Source of the DNA: Balanoglossus misakiensis
Taxonomy: Eukaryota > Animalia > Hemichordata
NCBI GenBank assembly: GCA_040954595.2
Contig: CM082584.2
Location: 12,058,875 to 12,122,874, forward strand
Length of the DNA stretch: 64,000 nucleotides
Direction of reading: 5' to 3'
Shown piece by piece: positions 34,470-49,700 of the stretch; position 1 is the first letter of the stretch, and each line of letters starts with the position of its first letter. Position numbers and translations under genes: made by a program. Below the pieces are notes generated by a model, which did no database searches, was not told where the DNA came from, and saw only the letters and a list, made by a program, of their open reading frames with translations.

Positions 34470-37400
34470 ATGTATTTTCCTGTTGGATGGCCGAAATTAT
34501 TGTCTCTTCCTTTAGAAGAGGAGAACGCCCTGCAATACGTCGTTGCCAACAGAGAGAAGACTTTATTCGCCGTTTTGACCTCACAAGCCGTCTACATTTG
34601 GTTCTGCAAGGTACGAGATACACCGATAAATACGCAGTTTTCCGGCGTTTTCGCCTGTGTAATTTAGCCGATTTATCCCGTGTTGTTTCCATAAAGGCAG
34701 TCAGGATTGAGCATCGCCCTGGCCTTTTCCGTAGCTATATGATAGACTGTGGCTTTGGTTAAATCTGCATACGTTTCCGCCAAATCAGTGCACTGCGTCG
34801 CAGTCCTTTGATCCAGTGGTCAGATCATATGTGCGATCAGCTGGGTATTTAACACGTTGGTGTCTACGTAAAATAATACGACGTCTGCTGTTTAGACGCC
34901 GGCGTGACAAGTACCTGTCTGGTGTCAATCTGTACGACATGCTCAGTTGGGTTGATGCAGTGTGTATGATCACCCCTTTGGTGTTACCATGAACGGGGAT
35001 GGAAGCCTTCATGGTTTGACAGAGGAAGGTGTTTACGTCACCTTCATTTTCTGTTGTACACCAGATGTGTCATATCGATCAATGAATGCACATACATAGA
35101 AATATGACACTGGCTGTTGATGAATGATTATTACCAGCATCGAGCTCAGAAAATGTTTATCCACCCTAGCTATAAGCTACACATAAATAATGTAAATCAG
35201 CTTCCAATCAGGAAAACAAAATACCATCAGCATTGGACATGCACATAAATTAAATTATTTAGCAATCTAGAATTGAAATCACAAATGACACAAGGGCTCT
35301 GGCCTCCTACATGACCTTCTTCATGGCTATACATTTCAGCTGGGTCGATTTGCAATCAGCTTGAAAGCCTTGGCCATCCACTATATTTTATCTGGGAAAT
35401 GTTTGTCTGGTAACCCTTTGACAAACTTCCTGTGTCTAGATGTGCACAAATAGATAAAGGGGAAGTCATATGTGTAAAATTGTGGGTGTCTTGAATAGTG
35501 CCACACATACCACCAGCTGTGACACAGTAACAGAGTGATGTCAGAAATCCATGAAAACCACTCGTTTTTTTCCCACTCTGATGTGACAGAATTTCAGACA
35601 GCGGACTGTTGACGTCTGACTGTATTAAGGTCAGGAGAGAAATGTCCAATGATTGTAGATGAAATTTTTTTGTGTTATTTCTGTGATTAAGTCCACCATG
35701 GGGCATTACTTTCAGCCTGTATAAATGTAGAATAAATATTAAAATATAGCTTTGAAACATAGACACTCGAAAAGGAAGGGACGACCATCTGCGGTATTTT
35801 CTTTTTCTAGTGTCTGTGCTTTGAATATATTTTGCCGATATGAACAAATGGGGTGAAATCTGTGCTCAAAGGTGCAACAAGGTCAAGGTTAAATGTACAT
35901 GTAGTCAAATATCAGGTAGTCAAAGATTTAAAGAATGTTGCTTTGTCCTGATCTAGACTGCAGAAGACTGCTTAGATTCCGGTACTGCTACACAGTGTAG
36001 TATTACAGTTACCATTCACAGGCTAACAGAGTACAAAACCTTGGGAAATTTCTGAGCAAATGTACTCCATATGGGATTGGTACTTTGAACCGGGTTGTAT
36101 TTATGCTTTACGGTGAGTGTTAATATCCCTCTGAGCAATGCAGGCATATCCTTACTGCCTGGAAGGTCAAACTTATCCATGCAGCAGTCATTGTATCCTT
36201 GAGTCAACGGCAAATCTCTAATTGCATTATCAATCCATTATGAATCTGGCTGTGGCAAGTGAAGGGAATAATACATCCAATTTTGGTAATCAGCGTTTAG
36301 AGCTACTCAGCTTGAATACTGTTTAGTGGAGTGCAGTCAAGCAGGAATGCATTTTCTTTTTCTTAAAGAACCCTCCAGTCGTAAATTACACAGAAATGGT
36401 CCGACTGGATTGCTAGAAGCCCCCATTATCTTAGATTGTTTTGCATATTCTCCTGCGTATGTAATGAACATGACAATTTGATCCAAACTGCAACATACAC
36501 TATATATCAAGAGTTAGTTGTAAATCATTGCAAATCATTACTTGAGGTTTATTTGTTTTTAACAAAAATCAAAGACCACAGTTTATCTTTTATTCCATCT
36601 GCGAGGTCATTTGGTTGGATGTGGAATTTTTGTATGTATACAGCACTATATTATAGTACATGTATTAGGTTACATGATAACAACTAACTCCACATGGGAC
36701 ACATACATGTGTGTTAAGAACAGCTGCTGTAAAGACAATTATGTTTAATTAACCTAATGACCTACCGGTAAATAACATTTTCATTAGAGAAAAGAGGATA
36801 TCTCTTCACTTGTACATTGCATGACAGATTTGCAATAATTATGACAGTAATGTACGTTTTAAAGGTGTGTTGCCAGGCAACATAAATGGATACAGTTGTA
36901 CCTGCAGTTCTAATACTAACATCCTAAATTTTAAGTGGAAATTACATTTGTATGTTTTGATAATATCGTTTTCAAACTGATCAGTGGATTTTTTTAAACT
37001 GTCCAGGACACCTTTACGCATATTGAGAACTGCTAATGGTTCTGTAAATGTCTGTTTTCTTTCAGCCCTGCGTACATCTTGTAAGTTACAGACGTTCGGA
37101 TGATTCCGTCATAGTGCTGGGAAAAAATCAAGTGGCAGAATGGAAACCAGATTCAACAGCCTTGGCAGTCACGGTAAGTGTTTTCCTCAGATTCCTCCCC
37201 ATCACACAGTCTCTACAATGCGATGTGTAGATGGGAATTGCACAGTCACAGGCAAACCTCAGCCATATTGATGACAATACATCATTTTTTTTATTAACAT
37301 ACATACAATATACACCTATGCCCATGTATCAATGATACGTATGCATATTACCACAAACATGACGATGATATACTTCTGTTCATGTACGTGTACTATTGCG

Positions 37401-40400
37401 TCAACGCTCAGAGGTTTATTTGTTAATTAATTCTCCCCGGACCCACCTGGGGTGGCCACCTCAGTCGCCTTGTTTGGGTCTGGAAAATAACGAGACTCAG
37501 GGAATCCAAGAAAGGTTAATGCGCCTACATGGTGCCCATGTTATGAAAAATTGATGTGATAGCCAGCATCCAGGATATGAGAATATTAGCATAACAAAGA
37601 CGTCACCAGGAGACTGAAACGTTCTCTTATCTGTTCTGCAAATAATACAAGATGAATAAATGACGCTTTGGCGTTACAAACCCAGTTTTGTTCTTTTGTG
37701 TGAAAATTTATTCTGAACTTATACCAGTATCAGTAATGCATGCAAATTGGTGCATAACTGTTAAAGGATCTAAATATAGAGGTCACTACTACTATGGAAA
37801 TAATGTACTAGTTCTATTTTTGTGATATGACACCGTGGGAATTGCTGGTACCATTTGGAATTGCGTGTAAAATTGAACATACCAAGGTACTTCATGTATT
37901 TTTTTTTCTAGACTTCTGGAGGGCATCTTCTGTTTTACCGAATTGATCATGGAGGGAGTGGCAGCTTATATGCACAGAAACACCACAGGTTGGTATAAGA
38001 ATTAAGATATAAGAAGTCAAATATCCCGACAGTCCAGCTGAATTTTGTTTGTGCCAGCTTGAAATGAAATCCAGTATTCATTTTAATCCTTAAGATTTAT
38101 CCTGACTTGGGGCACAGGTATTGTTCGCCGGAAAAGATCATAGTAAAATAACGCTAATCTCTTTGTATATGTTCAGATTACCTCTCCGGTGTAAAATTCC
38201 CAGTCCTGAAAAGGCCCAGGATAATCAGTGTGCACTTTGACCTCTAAACAATAATACACTGAAGTGTACCACAAAATTCTATGCTGTCTGTTCTTGCATT
38301 TCTGTCATGAGCTGTGATGTTATTGGTGAATTAAATATCATGGAAATCAGTCACTGTACATATGTGTCTACCTTTGGAAGTTTTTTTTTATTAGGGATGT
38401 AGACATTTCTTAACATCTTAACATCCATTGTCAGATTGTAGAGTTCAAGAAATTGTGAACGCATTTGCTCAGCTGCCCGTTGCTTTTGTGTCTTCTAACG
38501 CAGGCATAGACAGGATTCGGTTGAAGTGGACAACCATCTTGTGCCGATGATGAAAATCTGTATCAGCGGAACTGTGCAAATACATGGTGGCATTAAGAGG
38601 TGAGTTGGAAATTTCATTGTGGTCTAGAAGATGAACGGCAAAATATCTCACGGGCACAGAAATTTTGTCCTAAATAGAGTATGGTTTTAGACATGTAAGC
38701 TCTACATGGTTTGTACCGTAGGTTAGTAATTAGAAATTTAAAATTTAATCGTACACTAGGGAAGTCTCAAATCTCACATCCGAGATGAGCTCTATGTAAT
38801 AACACTGGTTCTGTAACTGAGTTTGAAGTGGTTGCTTTTACCAGTGTCACACAACCCCACAGAACACTTTCCATCACTTATTTCGGAAGAGGAAGTCTCT
38901 TTTGTTGCAGTTTCGTCGGAATGCACAGGAACGGCGATCTCATACAGACAGGAAGGTCACAGATCAGCTGGACTCTGATGACTTCCATTACAGACAGCAG
39001 TTGTCAACGCACTGCACGCTTTGAAGTCACATTCTTCACAGCACTGTCTGTCGACAAACCTCATTGTATGGCAGAACCCATTAAGACTCCAACACCCTCT
39101 TCTGTCTATCAGTCTAAAGCCTCTTTTTCAGCTATGCAAAGAGAAAATTTGAACAGGCGTGTTATGTTATTCTGTGTGGTCTTGCATTTCCAATATGTCA
39201 TCATTTGTGCTCTATGTTCTGACTCCAATTAAAAATCTTCACATCATCAATTCGTTACTGCTGAAAGCTTCACTGGAACACGTATGAAATACTCTTCTGG
39301 TGCATTCATCCAGCCCTGTCAATTATGACATCATCAAGTGTTACCATCATTTATATGATATCCTGTTCCCATGGCGATGTACAAATCTGTTCTTTCAGAA
39401 TAAAAGTTAGATGTTTGGGCTTTCATATTGCAGTCAGCATTCATCCCAGAAGGCATTATGATCAGATCATTTGGATAATCTCATCTCTGAATGTGAAAAA
39501 AACATGACATTTTGTCATGTTTAAGCTGATGAAATAACACCCTCAATCTTACCTAACCTTTGAACCCTGACAACAGTTTAAAGGTCATACATGTATGTCG
39601 TCGCTGATCAAAACTGATCAACAAATAGCCAGATTGGGAATGCAGTCGTGTTTTGGATCTCAAAAACTATTATGCTATAAAATACTCTCCTCAGAGATTT
39701 TAACAATGTATAGTCTAGGTGTTGGTCTCATTTGAAAGAAAGATAAATAGCAACATTTCAAATGTTGTTCACATCAAGGACAAAAGAGTGTACCAGCAAC
39801 CCTTGTGATACGTGTATCTTGCATTGTGTCTAACATCTCTCCATTGTTAATAACCGGTCGCAGTTATATTGTGTGTTTGCCAACAATTCCTTGTGTCAGC
39901 CTACCCCCATAAATGTACATGGGTGTACATGTTATTCACTACATACAAAACTGGCTTGTTCCATTGAATCCCATTGTATTGAAACAATGGTAATGTACAT
40001 GACCCAGTGTAAATCGCACTTTGACACAGAAACTATGTGACCTACTTTTGTATTCATTTACTCCATGTTGCACCACGTCATCTTTGCAAATACATACATG
40101 TATACTTGTGTTGTAATTGTGAAAAAAAAAGACTTAAATATTTCATGAGAATATACTGATAATATTTGTCAGAGTAGAAGATGTGTTCCAGTCACGTTTC
40201 TTTGGAGAGTAACCAGGGGTTTGAAGCCTCTCAAATAGTTCATTTAACCAGAACAGTAACATACACTACCCCACAGGCAGTTCTGTTTGAATGTTACTGT
40301 TGCAAAGACAAGTGTTAGGAAGATTAGTCACGTTCTGTATGATATACTGAACAGCCTAAACACCACTGACCCATGCCTCATCAATATTGTTGTGTTTGAA

Positions 40401-40686
40401 ACATTAGAACGTGTCATGACAGGAATATGATGGATCTGTCTTTCTTTCTTGTCTCCTTTTACAGTATGGTTTGTTTTAAAGATGAGCTAATGGTGTCATC
40501 GGGACACGGCATACTGATGAGAATAAGATGGGATGGTGTTGTAAATAATAAAATGAGTATATCTATAAATACGATAAGATTTTCCATAGATTTACAGCAG
40601 TCTAGACGTAAGTACAGAGATGTCATGTGTTCTTTTATTGCTGTGAGAATTCTGGTGAATGTGGTTGGGTGTTGGTGATTGTTGTG

Positions 40687-40746
<60 letters not shown>

Positions 40747-43700
40747 CGACGACGACGACGACGATGATGATGATGATGATGATGACAATGAAAACAACAA
40801 CAGTGTAGTCACTCTTTTTGGAAAAATACTGTAAGTACTGTGATGTTATTCTGCCAATTCCAATATTGTGTGTTTGTTTTATTATGAAACCTACAGAAAC
40901 ACAACTGGACCAACCAGGCATATATTTCAACCAGATAGAGTACTGCCCATTGCTGGGTGGCTTTGCTGTTATCCTAGGCGATGGCAGAGCTGGATTTCTT
41001 ACTGCCCCAAGTGCTCGATTTGAACCACAGGTAAAAAAAAATGTCTCTCTAAAATTACCTGCAGATAATGTACAGTTGCCACAGCTGTGATAGTCCTTGC
41101 TTTGAATAATAAACAACGTTGAGGTCACATGGTGGAGATACAGAGATAAACATTCATAAGCACAGAGGAATGTTTGTGTTTCTGAGAACTCACACATGTT
41201 TTTATATTGTCTTATTCACACACGCTCATCAGAAGTACATGAATGAACCTTTAATCCTGCCGGTTCTGATACATGTGTATCCCCAGAAAGCCAGATCTAA
41301 AAACATTGATGTCACATATACAAACAGAAGACAGTACCATCTTTCCAGCATAGTTACATGTATTCTGCACTCTGTCCTCACAATAGTATATGATATATTT
41401 CTTTTTTTATTTCACTGTGCTTTCCACAGAGTGTCCATGGTGTGTGGGCTCAAGAAATGACAAATGGAAGCTGCATAGCTGCCAATCACAAATACAGACT
41501 TATAGCATACGGCTGTAAAAAGTAAGTGTCTCTTGTGAATGTGAAACTACGTGTAGCATAGAAATTGTGTATATGCTGAACTATCCCTAGCTTGCCTGTT
41601 GTTGGTTTTGAAAAGATTCTCAATTCAAAGTAATGGTGTTCTAACTTTTACTTTTTTCTTATCTCACCAGTGGTCAGGGTATTGTATATGCAGTTGATGA
41701 AATTACTGGTAGTTTACTAGTGTCACACAGATTGGCTCTGTCCAGCACAGACTATCCAGGTGAGTCTAACTTCATCAATCTATTCTCAGATGTGGGTGTG
41801 GGGAATGAGTCATATGTTTCATACACAATAGGTGAAACCCGGAATTCGAAAGGCACAAAGGTACAAACAGAATTATGCGAGAATAACGATCATAGCATAT
41901 AAACACACTTATCCATATCCATGACCCAACTGACCTCTGACCTTTTATCGTCATAGATGCATGCAATGCAGCTGGTGCAGTAACTACATTGAAGTGGACC
42001 TCTGATGGCTGTGCATTGGCTATGGCCTGGCAGAATGGTGGCCTGGCACTGTGGAGTGTGTTCGGTGCTAAGTTACTCTGCACGTTGGGTGGAGATTACG
42101 GGTAAGCAAAGATGACTGTGCTTCATGACTCAAGTTCAGTGTACATGTATTTTAAAAGTACATATCCACATACATGCTTGTGTTTTTAGTGGTGGGAACT
42201 TGTGTCCCGATCCCATAACAAATGTACTTTAGTTGTCTTCGACAAATCACAAGTTTAGAATAGTCCCAGTTCTGCCATCTGTTTAATCATTGTTCAGACA
42301 ATACAAAATACACGTTGCTGGGCAAAACACCAGTGGTCAAAGTGCCATTGTAAAACTTAATGCTCGTTCATTGCTGTTCCCGTCTAAATATCCAATACTG
42401 ACTTTCCTGAAGGTTGCAAGCCGGCAGCAATTTCTCCCTTACACACTACAGGTAAAACTTACAAGATACCTACCAGTACATAGGGTTGGGTGATTACTCT
42501 GTCTCTCACTTGCAAGATTTCTATTTTACTCGGTGCTGGTTTCTGTTCTCCCTTCTGCCATATTTAATTTAAGTCCTCTCATTGCTTGGGAAAATTAGCT
42601 TCATTGAGGCTGTAATCAACAGGTTAAGGGGCTTTTTATGTTTTCTCCACATCTGGGTAAATCAGGTAAAAATGTGATACTGCATGTTGATCCCCTAGGC
42701 TGATGAAAAATCGGACAAAGTTTGTTGCTGCATGTTGATGCAACAGAGTGATGGTAAAAGTCACTTTCAACTGCTTGGTGATACAGCTCCATTTCATGCT
42801 AGTAAGATACTGTACAGACGTCACATCATTCATATCATGTTTCAAACGGGTTAGAATCTCCTGGTGTGCAAATGCTTGGCTGTGAGTGGCCATGACTCCA
42901 AAATGTCCCTCGTTGAGTATCCTATCTCTCAAATTCAAGGCTCTGCCAATCAAGCTTTTCACTCTAGCCATGTGTATTACACACCACACCAAACCAAGTA
43001 ACCCACTGGCATATGCAAAATACTTCTACATACAACTACACAAACAACCACTATACATCCTGCCATTTAATCCAGATGGTACCTGCATTATTAGGAATCA
43101 TTATTACACAAGACATGGGCTTCTATCACGGTTTGTAGACCACACACAACATGGTACAACCAGTGTGCATGCTTACATTGGACGTACATAGCCGATAAAC
43201 TTGCATGGTTATTGAATGACAGGTTTTGGTATGAATTTGATACAAATCCTGAAGAACATTGAAGCAGACAATACATGTAGCTGTCTGTGAGGATTGGTAA
43301 TACCAGCAGCATTGCAACCAGATAGGGCTGCAATTAACCAGTACTGACTAAGAGTTCTTGTCAAAGCAGCATCAATAATTATCCTTCTTCATTTCTCTGT
43401 ATTATATATTCGTTAGTTGTTCGCAAGATGCGTTCAGGGATAATCCGTTACAGATCAAATCAATGGTAGGTATACATTGCACATCAGTTTTGATCATTCC
43501 TTCAGCATTGATGAGACAAGACCACAATGAGTCAATCACCTGATCACTTGATTTAATTGTATGTGATAGGAATGGGGTATGGAGGGATATCATCTGTGGA
43601 TCACAACGTCACCAAAGAAGTTAGAAAGTAGCGAAGCAGTGAAATCATTGGAATCAACTGGAAACCTCTTGCAGCTGCAGTTTGTGAAGAGTGCCCTCAC

Positions 43701-46700
43701 AGTCAATCCTTGCCATGTAAGTCAGAATGATGTGTAGTTGAAGGCATTCTAGTAAAATTTGAGATTTTGTGAACTCTAATGACCGTAGTACTGTCACCTG
43801 ATAATGATTTTGAATGTCCTCACAGTGCAACCATGAGCATCTCTTCCTGCAAGGCGAGGACAGACTGTACATCAATACAGGTGATACTATTCTGAAGACA
43901 AACACCCAAGAAACAGCAGCAGGTGGAACTCCAGTCAGAGAAATGCCTCCAGTACTTAATTCCATTGGTAAGCATAGTAATTACCCCTTCGCCACCATGG
44001 TTTGGTCCAAATCCATTGTTTTCTATGGTAAAGTTCTACCTGTAGAGAGGAAACTGTTGATAGTGTTGACAACGGTAGCCACAGTGTCATTGGCGCTATT
44101 TTTTTTTCTATACCCACAGGTCATACAACTCAGGGTCCCAGTTTATTGATAGGAAACAAACAGTGGCAAGTCATACAACTCCCACTTGGGTATCTATCAG
44201 CCAATTGGCCGATCAAGGTGAGTTGATACATGTATTTCAATTTTGTAGCCGGGATAGTTTCGTGTTTTGCCTGGCTATCACATCACATATTAACATTGAT
44301 GCTTTGTAACAAACTGACCGGTATTGATTTATTTTCATGGACAGTTTGCTGCGGTGGACAGAGCTGGTCACTGTGTGGCCGTAGCGGGGAAGACTGGACT
44401 CGCACACTATGCACTATTTACAAGGCGATGGAAACTGTTCGGCAATGAAACCCAGGAACAAGACATGGTTGTCAATGGAGGGCTGTGCTGGTGGAGAGAT
44501 TTCATCATCGCGGCTTGTTACAATTTGAATGAAAGCAGAGATGAGGTAAGTCAAGATGAAAAGTTGCCAACTCCAGCTACCCCTCAGTTTATTCATGAAA
44601 CTGTTCAGAAAAGGGAATATATTCCACAGAACATCTGTTTACAAAATGACATTTGTATTTCTGTGACAGATACGACTGTATCCTCGAGTCAGCAACCTAG
44701 ACAATGCATTTGCCAACATCACCAAGGTTCCGTATCAAGTACTATTGGTCAACGTGTTCCGTGACATTCTTATCGTCTTCTGTGTGGATTATCATGTGAC
44801 TATGTACCACATTGAGCGCAAAGACACCAAGCCAAGTGAGTTCTCCAGATATGTCATTCATTTGGATGACAGGTGGTGTTTGTGTGTGTGTCTGCTTGTG
44901 TGTGTGTCTGTGTGTTAAAGGTCTATACAAAATGAAACTCTTTATGCATATGAAAGAGGTTTAGATGAGGTCTCCTGAAAATCAGTGTCTCGATCTGCAT
45001 AATGCTGCAAATCTAAGTGAACTGAGATTTATTTTTCCTGCTTATAAAAAGAAAACTTTTTATATTGTCCTTTTGTCTATCTTTCATTTACCTTTGTCAC
45101 TCCAATCTACTGATGTTTTTATTATCTTTTTAATAATAAATGTGTGCATCTATCTTTTAGCTTTTTTTTCCTGCTAACCACAATGAGCTTCTCTTTCTGT
45201 TTATATTCTGTCATATCTGAATTCCTTGCTTTGCAGTTGACATTTTCATTTGCCGTTTTACTTTGCTTGCTTTAAAAAGTTTTATAAATGAAAAGCACTG
45301 TGCATATGTCGGCATGGAGGCTGGTTTCAAATTTTATGAAGTAGTAACTGGCATTTTGAATGCATGAGAATGATTTGCATGTCTGAATTTGTGCATAATC
45401 GTTTATTAAAACACCCTTTCCATCATGATTGTGGGTTTAAATTTACACGCATTGCTCATGTTATGTAAATTTGAATGGTTATGGGGCTATCTAGACAACG
45501 TGGGCTGAAATTGAATGCAAACAAATGCTTGAATGCTTGCAACCTGGTGAATTAAAATGCATGTTGGTATTCTCTGCATGAATTGTAGATAAGGACGTGA
45601 CACTTGACTGAGACAGCATAAATTTATGTCTAGGACAGTTATAATTATATGATATTGTAAGATAGACATTCAGTATTAAAATAGAAAATACTCAGTCAGA
45701 AACATGATGTTTTATATTGGCATATGTAAATTAGCAGTGATTGTATTCCTTTCAATGCTAGGCATCTGCTAGTAGGTTGTGGGTGTTTTGTTATTTCAAG
45801 TGGATTGGTTTTTGGCATTCAGAATTTTTAGATTTGGTTCATTTTATGGTAACAATCGGTGAAATTCATTTGGGTGTGTCTGCTTTATTGTTTGTGACAA
45901 TAGACAGAAGGTATCGGATGGGTTTTTGGTTCATATTATTTAGCAATAGGTGACAGTATTATTAGATGGGTATGATTTCATGCTAGACACTGTAGAATTC
46001 AAAACTATTGTCACATTTTTCTGATTTCCCGGTTTCGTCGTAAAGAGAGCACTCTTGATGAGCCATGTAAGTAACAGTAAATTAACCAATAATTTGTAAG
46101 GATTTTTTTCCACATTATCTTGTTAGAAATCGGAGGGTGTAGGTATGGTTGCTTAATCCCAGTGAACTAGTAACACTGAATGGTATATTAGATTTTCAAA
46201 TTAAAAGTTGGCATACCAGTGATTTACTCCTCCACTTTGATCTCACTCTGGCGGTCTTCTTCCAAGTCTTTCTCATAAATACAGGACAGACAGGATATGA
46301 AGCTGATGTTAGAAAAACTAATGTGATCTATATAATATGAAATAAATTGTTTCTGAATGTTTGAGTTGATGTTTGGTGTTGATTTTCTCTCTGTCTGCAG
46401 ATCCAACGGGTGTTCTGACCAGGATTCAGGATTTATCGCTGGCCAACTTCGTACCACATCCATCATCACTGATATCACTCACCTTGACTTCGCTGAGATC
46501 AGAAACAAGTAAGCTTTGCCTGTACCTTTAACAGCTTTGTGTAATAGAACTTGCAGTGGGTGAAGTAGTAGTGCACCAGAGAATAATTTTTACAGGATTT
46601 GAAATGTTATTCATTGTTTTCTCCTGACTGTACAACAGTTTCTAGTAAAATGCCGTCGGGAAGCAGAGAAGCAGAAAGTTTGATTGTAAATGTGGCTGGT

Positions 46701-49700
46701 AGACTGCTTATGCTGCAAAGAGATCGCAGTAAACCTCAGCATAAAGACAAAGATGTGAAAAAAGCTCCTCAAGAGGTAAGGACAACAAAGGCAAGAAAAA
46801 TGTGTTACTACCATCAAAATTTTATACAGCTATTATGAAAAGTACCAGTCAATTTTTATGTCTGCCATGCTCATCTACTGGCCAGAACATCTTCAAAGTT
46901 TGTTGGTGAATTCCTTGGGCTGATTTACACTTGGTAAAGAATGATTGTCATTCCATGTGTGTTCTGTGACAGCTTCCATTCCTGGCACCCGTGGTTCTGG
47001 CCTCATCCGTGGAAAACATGTGGGCGCATGTGGGCTACAGCAAGGAGAAGCCACATTTGATGGAAGCACTGTGGTTAGGATGTGGAGCTGTGGGCATGAA
47101 GGTCAGTGTCTGGAGCTCTGTATTGATATCAGATGCACTTATGTACTTGTGTACTACTTGCAGATGTACTATTCTCTCTACATGTCTGTCTGATTGCTCT
47201 ACGACTGTGGCTTTATATTTCAGGTATGGCTACCACTCTTCCCAACCAAAGAAGACAAGCCTCACAACTTCCTTGCCAAACGGATCATGCTCCCCTTCAA
47301 GTTACAAATCTATCCACTGGGTAAGTATTCCGAGTGTGGTCACCTCCTTTACCAATTCTACGAAAGAACCAGCATGCTGATCATGGCTTTTCAAATGTTG
47401 TACTGCTTTGAAGAGTAATGAATCTACTCTGTGTTATTTTAATTACAGCTGTACTATTTGCTGATGCAGTGGTCTTGGGAGCAGCTAATGATGTGTTGAC
47501 CTTTGACCCAATGTCACCGGGTCTTGTGGCCTCTTGTCAAGAAGGACTTCCATACTGTGTCATGGAAAGAACGGTGAGTGTATTTGAAGGATGTGTTTGT
47601 GTTGGGGGGGATGTTTGTGTGTGTGTGGGGGGGGGGGGTGTGTATATGTGTGTGCATACATGTAGGTTGATATCCATTGGAATGATATGATATCAAGTTA
47701 TAAAATGTTGTGCTGTTTCTTGCTTTCAGACTCAGATATACCTTCACCATATACTCAGGCAACTTCTCAGAAGAAAGTAAGTATAGCTTAGATTGTAATA
47801 TTGTACATGTATGCTGAAACACACATTGGCTTGGACCAAACCGTAGTGAAAGGATTGGGTGGTGGATGGTCTCAGAACATAAGTCTATATCTGTGTATAA
47901 TGCATCAGCTATGTACCTGTACCAGTAAAATTTGACTGTTTCATCTCTTTGTCTTGTGCCAGTCTCGGTTTCCATGCATTGGAGATTGCCAGAAGCTGTA
48001 CATCACTTCCATACTTCTCACATGTACTGGAACTTATGCTACACGAAGTATTAGAAGCTGAGGCCACCGCGTCAGAACCCATTCCTGGTATGTACATATT
48101 TAATTCAGTCATGATAAATCAGATTCTTTAGGTCAGATTTCTTCTCAGATGTTGCTTCTGTTTTCATCTTATATTGACTAAAATATTTCCTTCTTTTTGA
48201 ACATGTAGATGCTTTGCTTCCACGAGTGGTTGCGTTCATACAAGAATTTCCCCAGTTTCTACAGACTGTGGTTCACTGTGCCAGGAAGACTGAAATAGCA
48301 CTGTGGCCATATCTCTTTGCTACCGTGGGGAATCCCCGAGATCTCTTCGAAGTAAGTATGGCTCCATAGCGCCCTCACATTTCTTTTTTGGACTAAGATA
48401 TTACATGTGTTGTTAAACCCGATATTATGTCATTTAAATGTGTATGTAAATCTTCTTCTATGACAGGAGTGTATACAGTCAGGAATGTTTGAGACAGCAG
48501 CTTCTTATCTTATTATTTTACAAAACTTAGAGAACCCCAAAGTCAGCAGACATGTAAGTACCTTTATTTGTGTGTAAGAAATAGTCAACCACTTTGATGC
48601 TATTTCTCTGCTAAATTAAATGAACGTACATGTGAAATAAAGTCATCATACTTTGTTTTATTTATTCATAGCATGCTACGCAGTTGCTTGATTGCACTCT
48701 GGACCATGGCAAATGGGAGCTCTGTAAGGACCTAGTCCGATTTCTCCGTGCAATAGGACCAAATGATCCGGAATCTTCCCCCAGACCCTCGGCTCCCATC
48801 AACTCACCGGGAATCTTCCCACACTCCGCCAGCACTCCCAAAGCAGAGAGTATGTCGGCATTTCCGTTCAGTCCACCTCTGGCCACTACACAGCGGAGCC
48901 GGAGTTGCAGTTACAATAATTCTAACTTTCCACCGACCAGTGCAAATGACAAACAGAAAACTCCAAATCAGCAAATCCCAGACCGAAAGTAAGTCCAGTG
49001 AACACTGCCTCTCATGAAAGCAAAAGAGATCCCTGCTGCGACTGAGAAGGCCTTATCTTATGGCTTACAATCATTCATGCATGTAGTGATGTGTATATGT
49101 TGGCAGACTGAATTTACTCCATAAAAGTCCTGAAGACATGCGTTTTGCTTGGAAAGGTGTCATTTCTGATACTGACAGTCTATTCTTTCTGTTACAGGAC
49201 GTCAGTTCACCGAAAGGACAGTGGTGGTTCGGTTGATGAGTTTTTCCTGGATACCATACTAACAAGGCACGCAAGGAAGTTACTGAGTTCAGGCAAACTC
49301 AAAGATCTTGGACTCTTTGCTGCACATCTAGAGTTTCCGTTGATTGGATGGCTTAGGAAAGAGAGGTCAGTATGGAACTGTTTTATCTCAGTGGTCTATG
49401 AATACACATCTTTTGTGATGCTTTGTCAGTTGTCATCCTCAATGTTTAGAATACACATGTAAGTCTGTTATCTGATAATTCTGGTGTAAATCTCATGATG
49501 ATGTAAATCTTTTCAGGCTCCGGGCGGCCAAAGTGGATGATCCAGTGGAATCTCTGAAGAAGCTTCATCAAGACTTCCTCTGGCCTCTCCCTGTGTTTCC
49601 GCTAGTCAGTTTATCAAATCTCTCGCCGCCAAAATATGTCGGTAAGTATAAATTCTGTGGCATGGTTTATCCAGATTTGTACTGGTTTTGTGACTGTCTT

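Noticed and set aside
36040-36350. Possible LINE reverse-transcriptase 3' remnant on the - strand ('[16 protein letters not shown]')
   Set aside because: One short motif amid many stops is too weak to call without a profile search.
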